Shown here: one piece after another, positions 39,527-48,133 of the stretch
How the letters are laid out: the number at the start of each line of letters is the position of its first letter
How positions within the stretch are numbered: position 1 is the stretch's first letter
Source: Verrucomicrobiales bacterium
GTDB taxonomy: Bacteria; Verrucomicrobiota; Verrucomicrobiia; Limisphaerales; CAIMTB01
Length of the DNA: 64,000 bases
Assembly: GCA_016795425.1 (NCBI GenBank)
Contig: JAEUHG010000087.1
Location: forward strand, 83,410 to 147,409
Direction: 5' to 3'
Program-made: the position numbers and the translations under genes
Notes under the pieces: model-generated
The model's database searches: none
Told to the model about the DNA's origin: nothing
Seen by the model: only the letters and a program-made list of their open reading frames with translations

Positions 39527-40321
39527 TCAGTCCTCCAGGTACCAGAACGAGTGGGTGACTTTGCCTTGATCAACGGCCCAGAGCTTGGCGAACGGAACGC
39601 GCTCCACATGGCCGTCGAGGAGAATGGCATTGGCACCGTTGTCGTGGACGGTCGGCCTGCCGGAGTTGAAGGGGGTGTCCGGGTACTGGGCCATGGTGTC
39701 CGGCTTGCCGTCCTTATTCATGTCGAGGGTGAACTTGTAGGTCGCTTCGACGGGCGAATAGACGTAGTGGGTGATGGTATCCATCATCATGAGGGCGTCG
39801 GCGGGTTTGCCGATGCGGGTTGCCTTCAGAGGACGGGTGGTGTCGCCGTAGTAAAACGGTCCGCTCAGAGGAGTGCCAAACGCGCCGAAATTGGCACCGA
39901 TCCAGCAGTTCCAAGTGCGGGCGCCGGCGGCGGCCGCAGTCGTCTTGGAGAACGGAACGGGCCCGAAATTCCCGGCTGGGCAGCTGCGGATCTCGTTGGT
40001 GTAGATGTCGGTGGTGGAAAAGAGGACGCCGGTCTTGGTGGCGCGAAGCACGTAAGGGGCGAGTTTGGCGTGCCAGAATTCCTTGGTGTAATCGGATGAC
40101 GAATCCCCGAAGAGCGGCAGGGCGTCATCGAAGTCCCCCATGTACATGGCGGTGGCAAATCCCCAGTTGCGCATGTTGCTGAGACACTTTGTCTGTTTGG
40201 CCTTGGACTTGGCCCGTCCCAAAGCGGGAAGGAGCATGCTGGCGAGGATCGCAATGATCGCGATGACCACCAGGAGTTCGATGAGGGTGAAACCGCGTCG
40301 GACCGGGGAGGGAAGGGTCAT
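39527..40321 (-). CDS. Prepilin-type N-terminal cleavage/methylation domain protein (DUF1559 / pseudopilin-like)
   Basis: [34 protein letters not shown] is the class-III signal and methylation motif. The C-terminal [10 protein letters not shown] block is typical of the PVC-expanded family. Confidence 0.85.
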   Translation of the reverse strand: MTLPSPVRRGFTLIELLVVIAIIAILASMLLPALGRAKSKAKQTKCLSNMRNWGFATAMYMGDFDDALPLFGDSSSDYTKEFWHAKLAPYVLRATKTGVLFSTTDIYTNEIRSCPAGNFGPVPFSKTTAAAAGARTWNCWIGANFGAFGTPLSGPFYYGDTTRPLKATRIGKPADALMMMDTITHYVYSPVEATYKFTLDMNKDGKPDTMAQYPDTPFNSGRPTVHDNGANAILLDGHVERVPFAKLWAVDQGKVTHSFWYLED

Positions 40322-40434
40322 GACGTTTCCTTCTTCCTAGTAGCTCCCGAACTAACGACGGGGTCAATCGAGATCTGGAGGTGCCGCGGGAACCGCCTTG
40401 GCGTGGACCGCACGTTGCGTAGTCTAGGCGGCCC

Positions 40435-41715
40435 ATGGATGTCTTGTCCGAATTGAAACAGCGCGGGTTATATGCGGATTGCACCGACGCGGAGGCGCTG
40501 AGCCGCCGACTGGCGGAGCGCCCATTGACCTTGTACGCCGGGTTTGATCCCACGGCGGACTCCCTGCATGTCGGCAACCTCGTGCCGCTCTTTGCGATGC
40601 GCCGGTTCCAGCTGGCAGGACACCTTCCGATCGCGCTGGCGGGGGGAGCGACCGGGATGGTGGGCGATCCTTCCGGCAAATCGAGCGAGCGCAACCTCCA
40701 GACCCGTGAGCAGGTGGCGCACAACATCGCGTCGATCAAGGGGCAACTCAGCCGATTTCTGGATTTCGAGGTGAAGTCGAATCCGGCCCGGTTGGTGGAC
40801 AACGCCGACTGGACCGCGCCGGTGAGTTACCTGGAGTTTCTGCGGGAAGTGGGGAAGCACTTCACGGTGAACTGGATGGTGGCCAAGGAATCGGTGCGGG
40901 CGCGGATGGAGGATCGTGACGCCGGGATCAGCTACACCGAGTTCAGTTACATGCTGCTTCAGGCCTTTGATTTCTATCACCTTCGCAAGGAGCTCGGCTG
41001 CGAACTTCAGGTGGGAGCGACCGATCAGTGGGGGAACATTACGGCCGGCATCGAACTGTGTCGCCGCAAGCTCGACGCGACCGTCTGGGGGTTGACGTTT
41101 CCATTGCTGACCAAGGCCGACGGCACGAAGTATGGCAAGACGGCCGGCGGTTCGGTCTGGCTGGATGCGAAGCGGACGAGTCCCTATCGGTTCTACCAGT
41201 TCTTCATGCAGGCGGAGGACGCCGATGTCATGAAGTTGCTGCGGGTGCTGACCTTCGTGACGCAGGATGAATTGACGGCGATCGAGGCGGAATTCGCCGC
41301 GAATCCCGGCGCGCGCGTTGCGCAAAGGCGACTGGCCAGGGAACTGACGGGTCTGGTGCACGGGGAAGGCGCCTTCCAGGACGCCATGCGTGCCAGCGAG
41401 ATTCTGTTCGGCGGGACTCTGGAAGGAGTGGGGGAGTCGACCTTCACCGAAATCGTCGGCGAGGTGCCATCCCACCATTTGGAGAAGGCGCGAGTGGAAG
41501 GCGCGGGAATCCCGCTCACCGATTTGATCGTTCACGCGGCGTTGTGTCCCTCCAAGGGGCAGGCTCGGAAGGACATCGAGGGGGGTGGCATCTACATCAA
41601 CAATGTTCGCGAGACGGCGGTGCAGCGGCACGTGGGGCTGAATGACCTGCTATTCGGCAAGCATATCCTGTTGCGGAAGGGCAAACGCAGTTATGCCGTG
41701 GTGACCGTGGCGTGA
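40435..41715 (+). CDS. tyrS: Tyrosine--tRNA ligase
   Basis: YAGFDPTADSLHVGNLVPL (HIGH region), KYGKTAGG (KMSKS-equivalent), C-terminal S4-like domain. Confidence 0.95.
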   Translation: MDVLSELKQRGLYADCTDAEALSRRLAERPLTLYAGFDPTADSLHVGNLVPLFAMRRFQLAGHLPIALAGGATGMVGDPSGKSSERNLQTREQVAHNIASIKGQLSRFLDFEVKSNPARLVDNADWTAPVSYLEFLREVGKHFTVNWMVAKESVRARMEDRDAGISYTEFSYMLLQAFDFYHLRKELGCELQVGATDQWGNITAGIELCRRKLDATVWGLTFPLLTKADGTKYGKTAGGSVWLDAKRTSPYRFYQFFMQAEDADVMKLLRVLTFVTQDELTAIEAEFAANPGARVAQRRLARELTGLVHGEGAFQDAMRASEILFGGTLEGVGESTFTEIVGEVPSHHLEKARVEGAGIPLTDLIVHAALCPSKGQARKDIEGGGIYINNVRETAVQRHVGLNDLLFGKHILLRKGKRSYAVVTVA

Positions 41716-41739
41716 GACCAATGCCTTTTCGCCACAGTT

Positions 41740-42777
41740 TTGTCGCCAGGGACCCCTGAGGCAGCATTTTGGCCGTGGATGAATGCCACCTCGCGGGCTG
41801 GATTGCGGGAGCTGGCAGCGCATGAATCGCCGCTGGTGATGCCTGTTTTGTCGTTCCCTGGGGGACCTCTGACCCGGGTTAAGGTGCGGGAGATGGTGTC
41901 GGATCCGGCGGTTCAAGTGCGGGCTTTGCTGGCGTTGCATCGGCGATTTCAGACCCGGGTGATCCTCGGGTGCATGGACCTCAGCGTGGAAGCTGAGGCT
42001 TTCGGGGCCGAGGTCCAGTTCGTGGACGATGAGGTGCCCCGGGTGACGGGAAGGCGACTGACCTGCCCGGGGGACTTGGAATCCATGAGATCTCCCCAGG
42101 TGGGGGTGGCACGGACGGCGGTGGCCCTGGAGGTGGTGCGCCGGTTGGGATTGGAGGTGCCCGAGGTGCCCGTCCTGGGGGGGGTCACAGGCCCGTTCTC
42201 GCTCGCGGCTCGCCTGTTGGGTGTCAGCGAAGCTTTGATGCTCACCCTGGATCATCCGGAATTCGTCCACGCGGTGGTAAAGAAGTGCACCACCTTCCTG
42301 GTCCGGTATGTGACGGCGTTGAGAGATCGTGGAGCGATCGGGGTGTTGATGGCGGATCCGACGGCGGGATTGCTGGCACCGCGGGCGATGGCCACCTTCG
42401 CCTCACCCTACGTGCGGCGGATCGTGGAGCGCGTGGAGATGCCCGGATTCACCGTGGTACTGCATAATTGCGCGGCGAAGGCGGCGCATCTCCCGGCCCT
42501 GCTGGAAAGCGGCGCCGAAGCGTTTCATTTCGGCGCCCCGATGGATCTGCGTCAGGCGTGTGACCAGGTGCCGCCTGGGCACTTGGTTTGCGGCAACCTG
42601 GATCCGGCCAAGGTCTTTGTGGGTGGCGATCCAGCCAGCGTCACCGAATCCGTGAAGGTATGTCTCGCGAACTTTGGGCGGCGCCCCGGTTACGTGCTGT
42701 CGTCCGGGTGTGATCTGCCGGCCAACACGCCGTTGGCGAATCTGGAAATGTTCTTCAAGGCTGCGCGCCAAGGCTGA
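41740..42777 (+). CDS. Uroporphyrinogen-decarboxylase-fold methyltransferase (MtaA/CmuA-type, Zn motif intact)
   Basis: GGVTGPFSLAARLLG, VVLHNCAAKA (H-x-C) and LSSGCDLP (distal Cys) match the MT2-type methylcobamide methyltransferase Zn site by eye. The start is TTG 41740 or ATG 41779. Confidence 0.8.
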   Translation: MSPGTPEAAFWPWMNATSRAGLRELAAHESPLVMPVLSFPGGPLTRVKVREMVSDPAVQVRALLALHRRFQTRVILGCMDLSVEAEAFGAEVQFVDDEVPRVTGRRLTCPGDLESMRSPQVGVARTAVALEVVRRLGLEVPEVPVLGGVTGPFSLAARLLGVSEALMLTLDHPEFVHAVVKKCTTFLVRYVTALRDRGAIGVLMADPTAGLLAPRAMATFASPYVRRIVERVEMPGFTVVLHNCAAKAAHLPALLESGAEAFHFGAPMDLRQACDQVPPGHLVCGNLDPAKVFVGGDPASVTESVKVCLANFGRRPGYVLSSGCDLPANTPLANLEMFFKAARQG

Positions 42778-42791
42778 CGCAACTTGGGCGT

Positions 42792-44138
42792 TCAGCGCCG
42801 GTTACCCGATGGCGCGGTGATGACGAGGGTGTGTTCGACGGGGACAAAAGCGGCACGGATGGCGGCGGCGAGCGGTTCGCGTTCGGCTTCGGTGCGCTGA
42901 ACCGTGGCTTCCATATTGGATTTGCCGGCGGCTCCGTGGAACTCGCTCTTGATCTGTTTGGTTTCGTAAGCCTGCTTGGCGGCGACGGCTTCGTCGACTT
43001 TCTGGAACGCTTCAGAGAACGGGTTGATTTCGAAATCAGCCGCGAGATTGACGCCTTTGCGCAGGGCGGCGCCGGAGTAGGTGCGGCTCTGTTGTCCCCA
43101 GGTGACCGTGTATTGGGAGGCCTTGGCATCCTTCACGACGAGGCGCAGACGGTTGAATCGTTCCTGAAACGGCACCCATTGCATGCCCGAACGGATGGTA
43201 TTGTCCTTGGTGGGATCGGCGGGGGCGGCGCAGAAGGGATACTTGGAACTCCGTACGGTGATGGTGCCGTCGCGGACGGAACGTATTTGGTGCCCTGGGG
43301 AGGAGGTTGCCGTTCCGTCCCGGAGGTTCACCGAGACCGTGCCGATATCACCGCCCAAGCCGAGTCCATCCAGGAATGCATAGGCCATCACGAGCTGTCC
43401 GGCCCAATCCGGATGAACCCCGTCCTGACCGGGAACGGCGTAGTTCGTGCCGTACTTGGCGCGCGCGGCGCGGTCAGCTTCCCACATCGGGGTGAACACG
43501 TCGGCGAATCCGGCCGAGCGTTCCTCCGCTACCTTCAGGGCGAGATTGCGCAGCTCGGCCAAATTGCGGTTGAGGGCGTCGACGGTGGGGCCTGCATCCT
43601 TCACCCAATGCGGAACTTTGCCGACGGTTCCAGGACTTCCGATCACGACGCGAGCGCCGGCCTTTTGGAAGACACGCACCACGGCGTCCATGTGGATCCG
43701 GTAGAGTTCGCCGATCCAGGGTTCATAGGGACGGTAGCGATGGTCGTTCATCCCGTAACAGGTGGTGGCGATGGTGGGGGTAAAGCGGAGCACATCGTTT
43801 TGCTGGCGCTCGAAGAAGCCGTCCGCCCGCTCCCCGCTCCACCCATATTGCCGCACGCGAATGCCCAGTTCCGGGGTGCAGACGGTGAGGTAGGTCTCGA
43901 GGATGCGGGAGTACATCCGTTGTTCGGTGATGGAATCGCCGCAGATCGCAAGGCGATCGCCGGGGCGCAGCAGCAGGCGCCGGTTCTTGGGGGCCTCGGT
44001 CAGGGCGTAGGGGGCTTCGACGGCCGCTGCGGCACGAGCGGCAGGGAGCCACCCCGGGGCGAAGACCGACCAGGCGATCAGCGCGGAGGCGATCCAAGGG
44101 GGGAGCTGAGACACGCGAGGAATCCGATTGGATTGCAT
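42792..44138 (-). CDS. Secreted SGNH/GDSL-family hydrolase with an extra C-terminal domain
   Basis: I trim the 637-aa ORF to ATG 44138 (MQSNRIPRVSQLPPWIASALIAWSVFA, signal). LAICGDSITEQ is block I with the catalytic Ser. GMNDH, GSPG and DGVHP are later SGNH blocks. The upstream ORF part is Arg/Pro-rich and overlaps uvrA. Confidence 0.75.
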   Translation of the reverse strand: MQSNRIPRVSQLPPWIASALIAWSVFAPGWLPAARAAAAVEAPYALTEAPKNRRLLLRPGDRLAICGDSITEQRMYSRILETYLTVCTPELGIRVRQYGWSGERADGFFERQQNDVLRFTPTIATTCYGMNDHRYRPYEPWIGELYRIHMDAVVRVFQKAGARVVIGSPGTVGKVPHWVKDAGPTVDALNRNLAELRNLALKVAEERSAGFADVFTPMWEADRAARAKYGTNYAVPGQDGVHPDWAGQLVMAYAFLDGLGLGGDIGTVSVNLRDGTATSSPGHQIRSVRDGTITVRSSKYPFCAAPADPTKDNTIRSGMQWVPFQERFNRLRLVVKDAKASQYTVTWGQQSRTYSGAALRKGVNLAADFEINPFSEAFQKVDEAVAAKQAYETKQIKSEFHGAAGKSNMEATVQRTEAEREPLAAAIRAAFVPVEHTLVITAPSGNRR

Positions 44139-44203
44139 GGAACCGCGCCAACCTCCACCGGGATACGCAGCGGGGTCAAGCCGGCGGCTTCCGTCGGAAT
44201 CCC

Positions 44204-47200
44204 TCAAACGAGGAGTCCGCGAAGCGCGCGTCCGGTGTGGCTGTCGGGATGGGCGGCGACGGCTTCCGGCGTGCCGGCGACGACGACCCGGCCTCCATCG
44301 GCGCCGGCTTCGGGGCCGAGGTCGATGATCCAATCGGCACATTTGAGCACTTCGAGGTTGTGCTCGATGATGAGGACCGAATGACCGGCGTCGACCAGGC
44401 GCTGGAAGGCTTGGAGCAGGACGCGGACATCTTCGAAGTGCAGACCGGTGGTGGGCTCGTCGAAGAGGAAAAGAGTGGATTTGGCTGTGACGTCGGTCAC
44501 GGCGTGACGGCTCCGGGCAGTGGGGACCGATCGTTCGGTGGCGGAGGGGGCGAGATGCCCGGCAAGTTTGAGACGCTGACTTTCTCCCCCTGAGAGGGTG
44601 TTGATGGGCTGGCCAAGGCGGAGGTAGCCGAGACCGACTTCCTGAAGAACGCGCAGTCGATCCGCCGCGCGGGAGGCATGGGTGTTGGGGAATTCGGCGA
44701 GCCATTCGAGGGCATCATCGACGGGCAGTTCCAGCGCGTCGGCGATGGAAAGGCCGCCGGACTCGTCGACGTCCGCCACTCCGGGCTTCGCCAACCTGAC
44801 CTGGAGAATGTGGGGACGATAGCGGAGGCCTTCGCAGGCGGGACACCGGATAAAGATGTCGCTGAGAAACTGCATTTCGATCTTCTCGAAACCGGCGCCT
44901 CGGCATTGCTCGCATTGGCCTTGGGCCGAATTGAAGCTGAACGCGCTGGCGCCGAGACCCTGTTGCCGCGCGGCTTCGGTTTGGGCGAAGAGTTCGCGGA
45001 GGTGATCGAAGGCGCCCGTGTACACCGCCGGATTGGAGCGAGGGGTCCGTCCGATGGGGGATTGGTCCACCAAGAGAACCGACGCAATGTGTTCCGCCCC
45101 CAGGATCCGGGCATTGGTGGCCGAGCCCGTGGCCTCCGGGGCTTCTTCGTCGTTTTCCTCCTTCTCCGATTCCTTGGCATCCAGGGAACCTCGGGCCGAT
45201 CCGTCGCCCAACTCCGTTCGAAGCAAATGGAGCAGTTCGCCCACCACTGTGGTTTTGCCGGACCCGCTGACTCCGCTCAGACAGACCAGGCGCCGCAGCG
45301 GGATGTCGAGGTCCAGGTCGACAAGGTTGTGTCGGTTGAGGTTTCGCAAGGCGAGGCAGGGATCGGCGTCGCACGCTGTCGTAGAGGAGAGAGTGCGATA
45401 GGGCAGGACCTGGTCGGCCAGGGCGGCCGGCGAACGGCCAGGATGAGCTGCGTGATGCGACGCGGCACTGGGCACGGGTCGACGCGGTGGAATAGGTATG
45501 CGCAGACGGCCGCTGAGATATCCACCCGTCAGGGATTGGGGATGTCGGGCGATGGCGGCGTAGGAGCCCTGCGCGACCACGTTGCCGCCTTGGGCGCCAT
45601 GGCCTGGGCCCAGGTCGATGATCTGGTCGGCGGCGCGCATGACGGAAGCCTCGTGTTCAACGACCACCACAGTGTTCCCGAGGCTGCGAAGACGGGTGAG
45701 GATGTGAACGAGGCGGTCCGTGTCGCGCGCGTGAAGACCGACACTCGGTTCATCGAGCACGAACAAGGTGTTGACCAGCCGACTTCCGAGGCAGGTGGTC
45801 AGATTGACACGTTGGGTTTCGCCACCGGAGAGCGTGCGGGTGGCGCGGTCGAGCGTGAGGTAACCCACGCCGACCTCGACGAGGAAGCCGAGGCGAGCCT
45901 GGACTTCGGAGAGGGCGAGGTGGATGGGATCGTTGGCTGCCTGGGATGATTGGACGTCCATTTGCCGGACCAGATCCAGAGTGCGATGGATGGGCAGCGC
46001 GTAGAGATCGGCCAAGGTAAGGGTGTGGGCCGTTCCGGCAGGAGGGGTTGCGGAGGGGGCGGGGGGGTGGGGTGGCAACCAACGCCAAAGCAGCGCATCG
46101 GGTTGAAACCGTTGGCCGTCGCAGCTGGGGCATGTCTTGTAGGCGCGGTAACGCGACAACAGCACCCGGACATGCATCTTATAGGCCTTGGATTCGAGCC
46201 AGCGGAAGTAGCCTTTGACCCCGTACCAGGCCTTGGGCCAGGGATTGTCCTCGCCGTAGTCCGGATCGCCCTCAATGACCCAGCGCTGCTGGGCGGCAGT
46301 GAGGTCGCGGAATGGCACCGTCATCGGAATGCCGGACCGCCGTGCCGCCCGGGTCATGTCGGTTTGGCATTCGGCTCCGGTCTCGGTCTGCCAAGGCTTC
46401 ACCGCCCCTTCGGCGAGCGATTTGGAACGGTCGGGAATGGCCAGGTTGTAATCGATGGTGATGATCCGCCCGAACCCTTTGCAGTTCGGACAGGCGCCCA
46501 GCGGGTGATTGTAGCTGAACAGGGCCGGACTGGGCGGTTGGTATTCGAGATCGCACCCGGCGCAGTGAAGGTGGCGCGAGAAGGGGCGCCGCAGGCTCCA
46601 GAGTTCGTCGGAACGGATGTTGGGGTCCGCGACTCGGCCATGGATCTCGAGTTTGCCGTGACCGAAGTGATAGGCTTGTTCGCAGGCCTCGACGAAGCGA
46701 GATCTCTGGCTGGGAGCGATCTTGATGCGGTCCTGGATGACGGTCAGGAACCGGGTAGGGGATTTCTCGAGTCGGGTCCCGGCCTCGTCAATGCGCACCA
46801 CCGAGCCGTCGACCAGGATCCTTTGGAAACCCTGGCGGACCACCAGGGTGAGCTGTTCCTGGAGGGAGAGCTTTGGCGACAAGGGAAGTCGGAAGGTGAC
46901 CAGGAGTTCGGCGGTTTCCTGAGCGACGGCATTCCAGACGTCGCGTGGCGATTCGCGAAGGACCGGTTGTCCGCACTGCCGACAGTGCAATCGGGCGACA
47001 TGAGGCCACAGGAGTTTCAGGTAATCGCAGACCTCGGTCATGGTTCCGACGGTCGACCGGGTGGTGCGAACGGCGTTGCGTTGTTCGAGGGCGATGGCGG
47101 GCGGAATGCCTTCGATGGCATCGACCTTCGGTTTGTCCATCCGGTCGAAGAACTGCCGCGCGTAGGGTGAAAAGGTCTCGATATACCGGCGTTGTCCCTC

Positions 47201-47359
47201 GGCGTAGAGTGTATCGAAGGCAAGAGAGGACTTGCCGGAGCCGGACAGGCCCGTGACCACGATGAGGTTCCGAGTCGGCAGATCCAGGTCGAAGCCCTTG
47301 AGGTTGTTCTGGCGCGCTCCACGGACTTTGATGAGGTCGCGCCCCGACGCTTTGGCCAT
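44204..47359 (-). CDS. uvrA: Excinuclease ABC subunit A family protein (long, divergent form)
   Basis: [50 protein letters not shown], Zn modules CRQCG / CAGCDLEY...CPNCKG / CEQCRGAG...CPACEG, two LSGGE(T/S)QR signatures. 1051 aa with Pro-rich and acidic inserts. Confidence 0.9.
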   Translation of the reverse strand: MAKASGRDLIKVRGARQNNLKGFDLDLPTRNLIVVTGLSGSGKSSLAFDTLYAEGQRRYIETFSPYARQFFDRMDKPKVDAIEGIPPAIALEQRNAVRTTRSTVGTMTEVCDYLKLLWPHVARLHCRQCGQPVLRESPRDVWNAVAQETAELLVTFRLPLSPKLSLQEQLTLVVRQGFQRILVDGSVVRIDEAGTRLEKSPTRFLTVIQDRIKIAPSQRSRFVEACEQAYHFGHGKLEIHGRVADPNIRSDELWSLRRPFSRHLHCAGCDLEYQPPSPALFSYNHPLGACPNCKGFGRIITIDYNLAIPDRSKSLAEGAVKPWQTETGAECQTDMTRAARRSGIPMTVPFRDLTAAQQRWVIEGDPDYGEDNPWPKAWYGVKGYFRWLESKAYKMHVRVLLSRYRAYKTCPSCDGQRFQPDALLWRWLPPHPPAPSATPPAGTAHTLTLADLYALPIHRTLDLVRQMDVQSSQAANDPIHLALSEVQARLGFLVEVGVGYLTLDRATRTLSGGETQRVNLTTCLGSRLVNTLFVLDEPSVGLHARDTDRLVHILTRLRSLGNTVVVVEHEASVMRAADQIIDLGPGHGAQGGNVVAQGSYAAIARHPQSLTGGYLSGRLRIPIPPRRPVPSAASHHAAHPGRSPAALADQVLPYRTLSSTTACDADPCLALRNLNRHNLVDLDLDIPLRRLVCLSGVSGSGKTTVVGELLHLLRTELGDGSARGSLDAKESEKEENDEEAPEATGSATNARILGAEHIASVLLVDQSPIGRTPRSNPAVYTGAFDHLRELFAQTEAARQQGLGASAFSFNSAQGQCEQCRGAGFEKIEMQFLSDIFIRCPACEGLRYRPHILQVRLAKPGVADVDESGGLSIADALELPVDDALEWLAEFPNTHASRAADRLRVLQEVGLGYLRLGQPINTLSGGESQRLKLAGHLAPSATERSVPTARSRHAVTDVTAKSTLFLFDEPTTGLHFEDVRVLLQAFQRLVDAGHSVLIIEHNLEVLKCADWIIDLGPEAGADGGRVVVAGTPEAVAAHPDSHTGRALRGLLV

Positions 47360-47390
47360 GCGGGGCGGACGATACGGCGGACCGGGGTGG

Positions 47391-47428
47391 AGTCAACGGG
47401 GCGCACCGGGTGGCAAGGTCCGTTGACT
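47391..47428. promoter_or_regulatory. Inverted repeat in the divergent uvrA / corrinoid-protein promoter region
   Basis: agtcaacgg (47391-47399), 20 nt, ccgttgact (47420-47428). The arms are perfect 9-bp repeats. Function is unknown (operator or hairpin). Confidence 0.3.
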
Positions 47429-47491
47429 GCGTTTCACCCCAAGTTAGTTGCTGATCGAGGGGAGGGGCTTTGGAATGAGGGCAAGGCCCCT

Positions 47492-48133
47492 ATGCACGAC
47501 CTGAAAACCCTACATGACGCAATTCTCACCGGCGAGGCAGGTGCCGCGAAGGTGGAAGCCGAACGCGCTTTGGCTGCGGGCGTGGACCCTCTCCAGATCG
47601 TCAATGGCGCAATGATGCCGGCGATGAACGAGGTGGGACGCCGATTCGAGTCGGAGGAGTATTTCGTCCCCGATCTTTTGCTCGCGGCCAGGGCGATGAA
47701 ATCGGCCTTGGAACCGATCCGGCCGCTGTTGGTGGCAGGGAAGATGAGTCAGGCAGGTTGTGTCGTCATCGGGACGGTGAAGGGGGACCTTCACGAAATC
47801 GGAAAGAACCTGGTGGCGGCGATGTTGGAAGGGAACGGCTTCGAAGTTGTGGATCTGGGAGTGGATGTGGCACCCGAGCGCTTTGTGAACGTCGCCCGGG
47901 AGAAGCAGGCGAATATCGTCGCTCTGTCGGCCTTGTTAACCACCACCATGGGCTCCATGAAGGCGACGGTGGAGGCCATTCACAAGGCCGGCCTCAAAGG
48001 AAAGGTCAAGGTGTTGGTCGGCGGGGCACCCATCTCGCAGACCTTCGCGGATTCGATCGGCGCCGATGGATTCAGCGACAATGCCGTTGGGGCGGTGGCG
48101 CTCGCGCGTCGGGTCCTGGGCCAGGCCGCGTGA
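47492..48133 (+). CDS. Corrinoid (B12)-binding protein, MtaC/MtbC-like
   Basis: I trim the start to ATG 47492. N-terminal helical cap (VDPLQIVNGAMMPAMNEVGRRFESEEYFVPDLLLAARAM), then a Rossmann B12 domain with GDLHEIG (DxHxxG), SALLTTT and VLVGGAP. Confidence 0.85.
   Translation: MHDLKTLHDAILTGEAGAAKVEAERALAAGVDPLQIVNGAMMPAMNEVGRRFESEEYFVPDLLLAARAMKSALEPIRPLLVAGKMSQAGCVVIGTVKGDLHEIGKNLVAAMLEGNGFEVVDLGVDVAPERFVNVAREKQANIVALSALLTTTMGSMKATVEAIHKAGLKGKVKVLVGGAPISQTFADSIGADGFSDNAVGAVALARRVLGQAA

Noticed and set aside
40322-40434. Possible T-box or other leader upstream of tyrS
   Set aside because: The gap is only 113 bp and shared with a divergent gene. There is no specifier or T-box sequence, and such leaders are not expected in this lineage.
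47360-47491. Cobalamin riboswitch upstream of the corrinoid-protein gene
   Set aside because: I looked for a B12-box-like sequence and the multi-stem core. The 132-bp gap is too short and lacks them.
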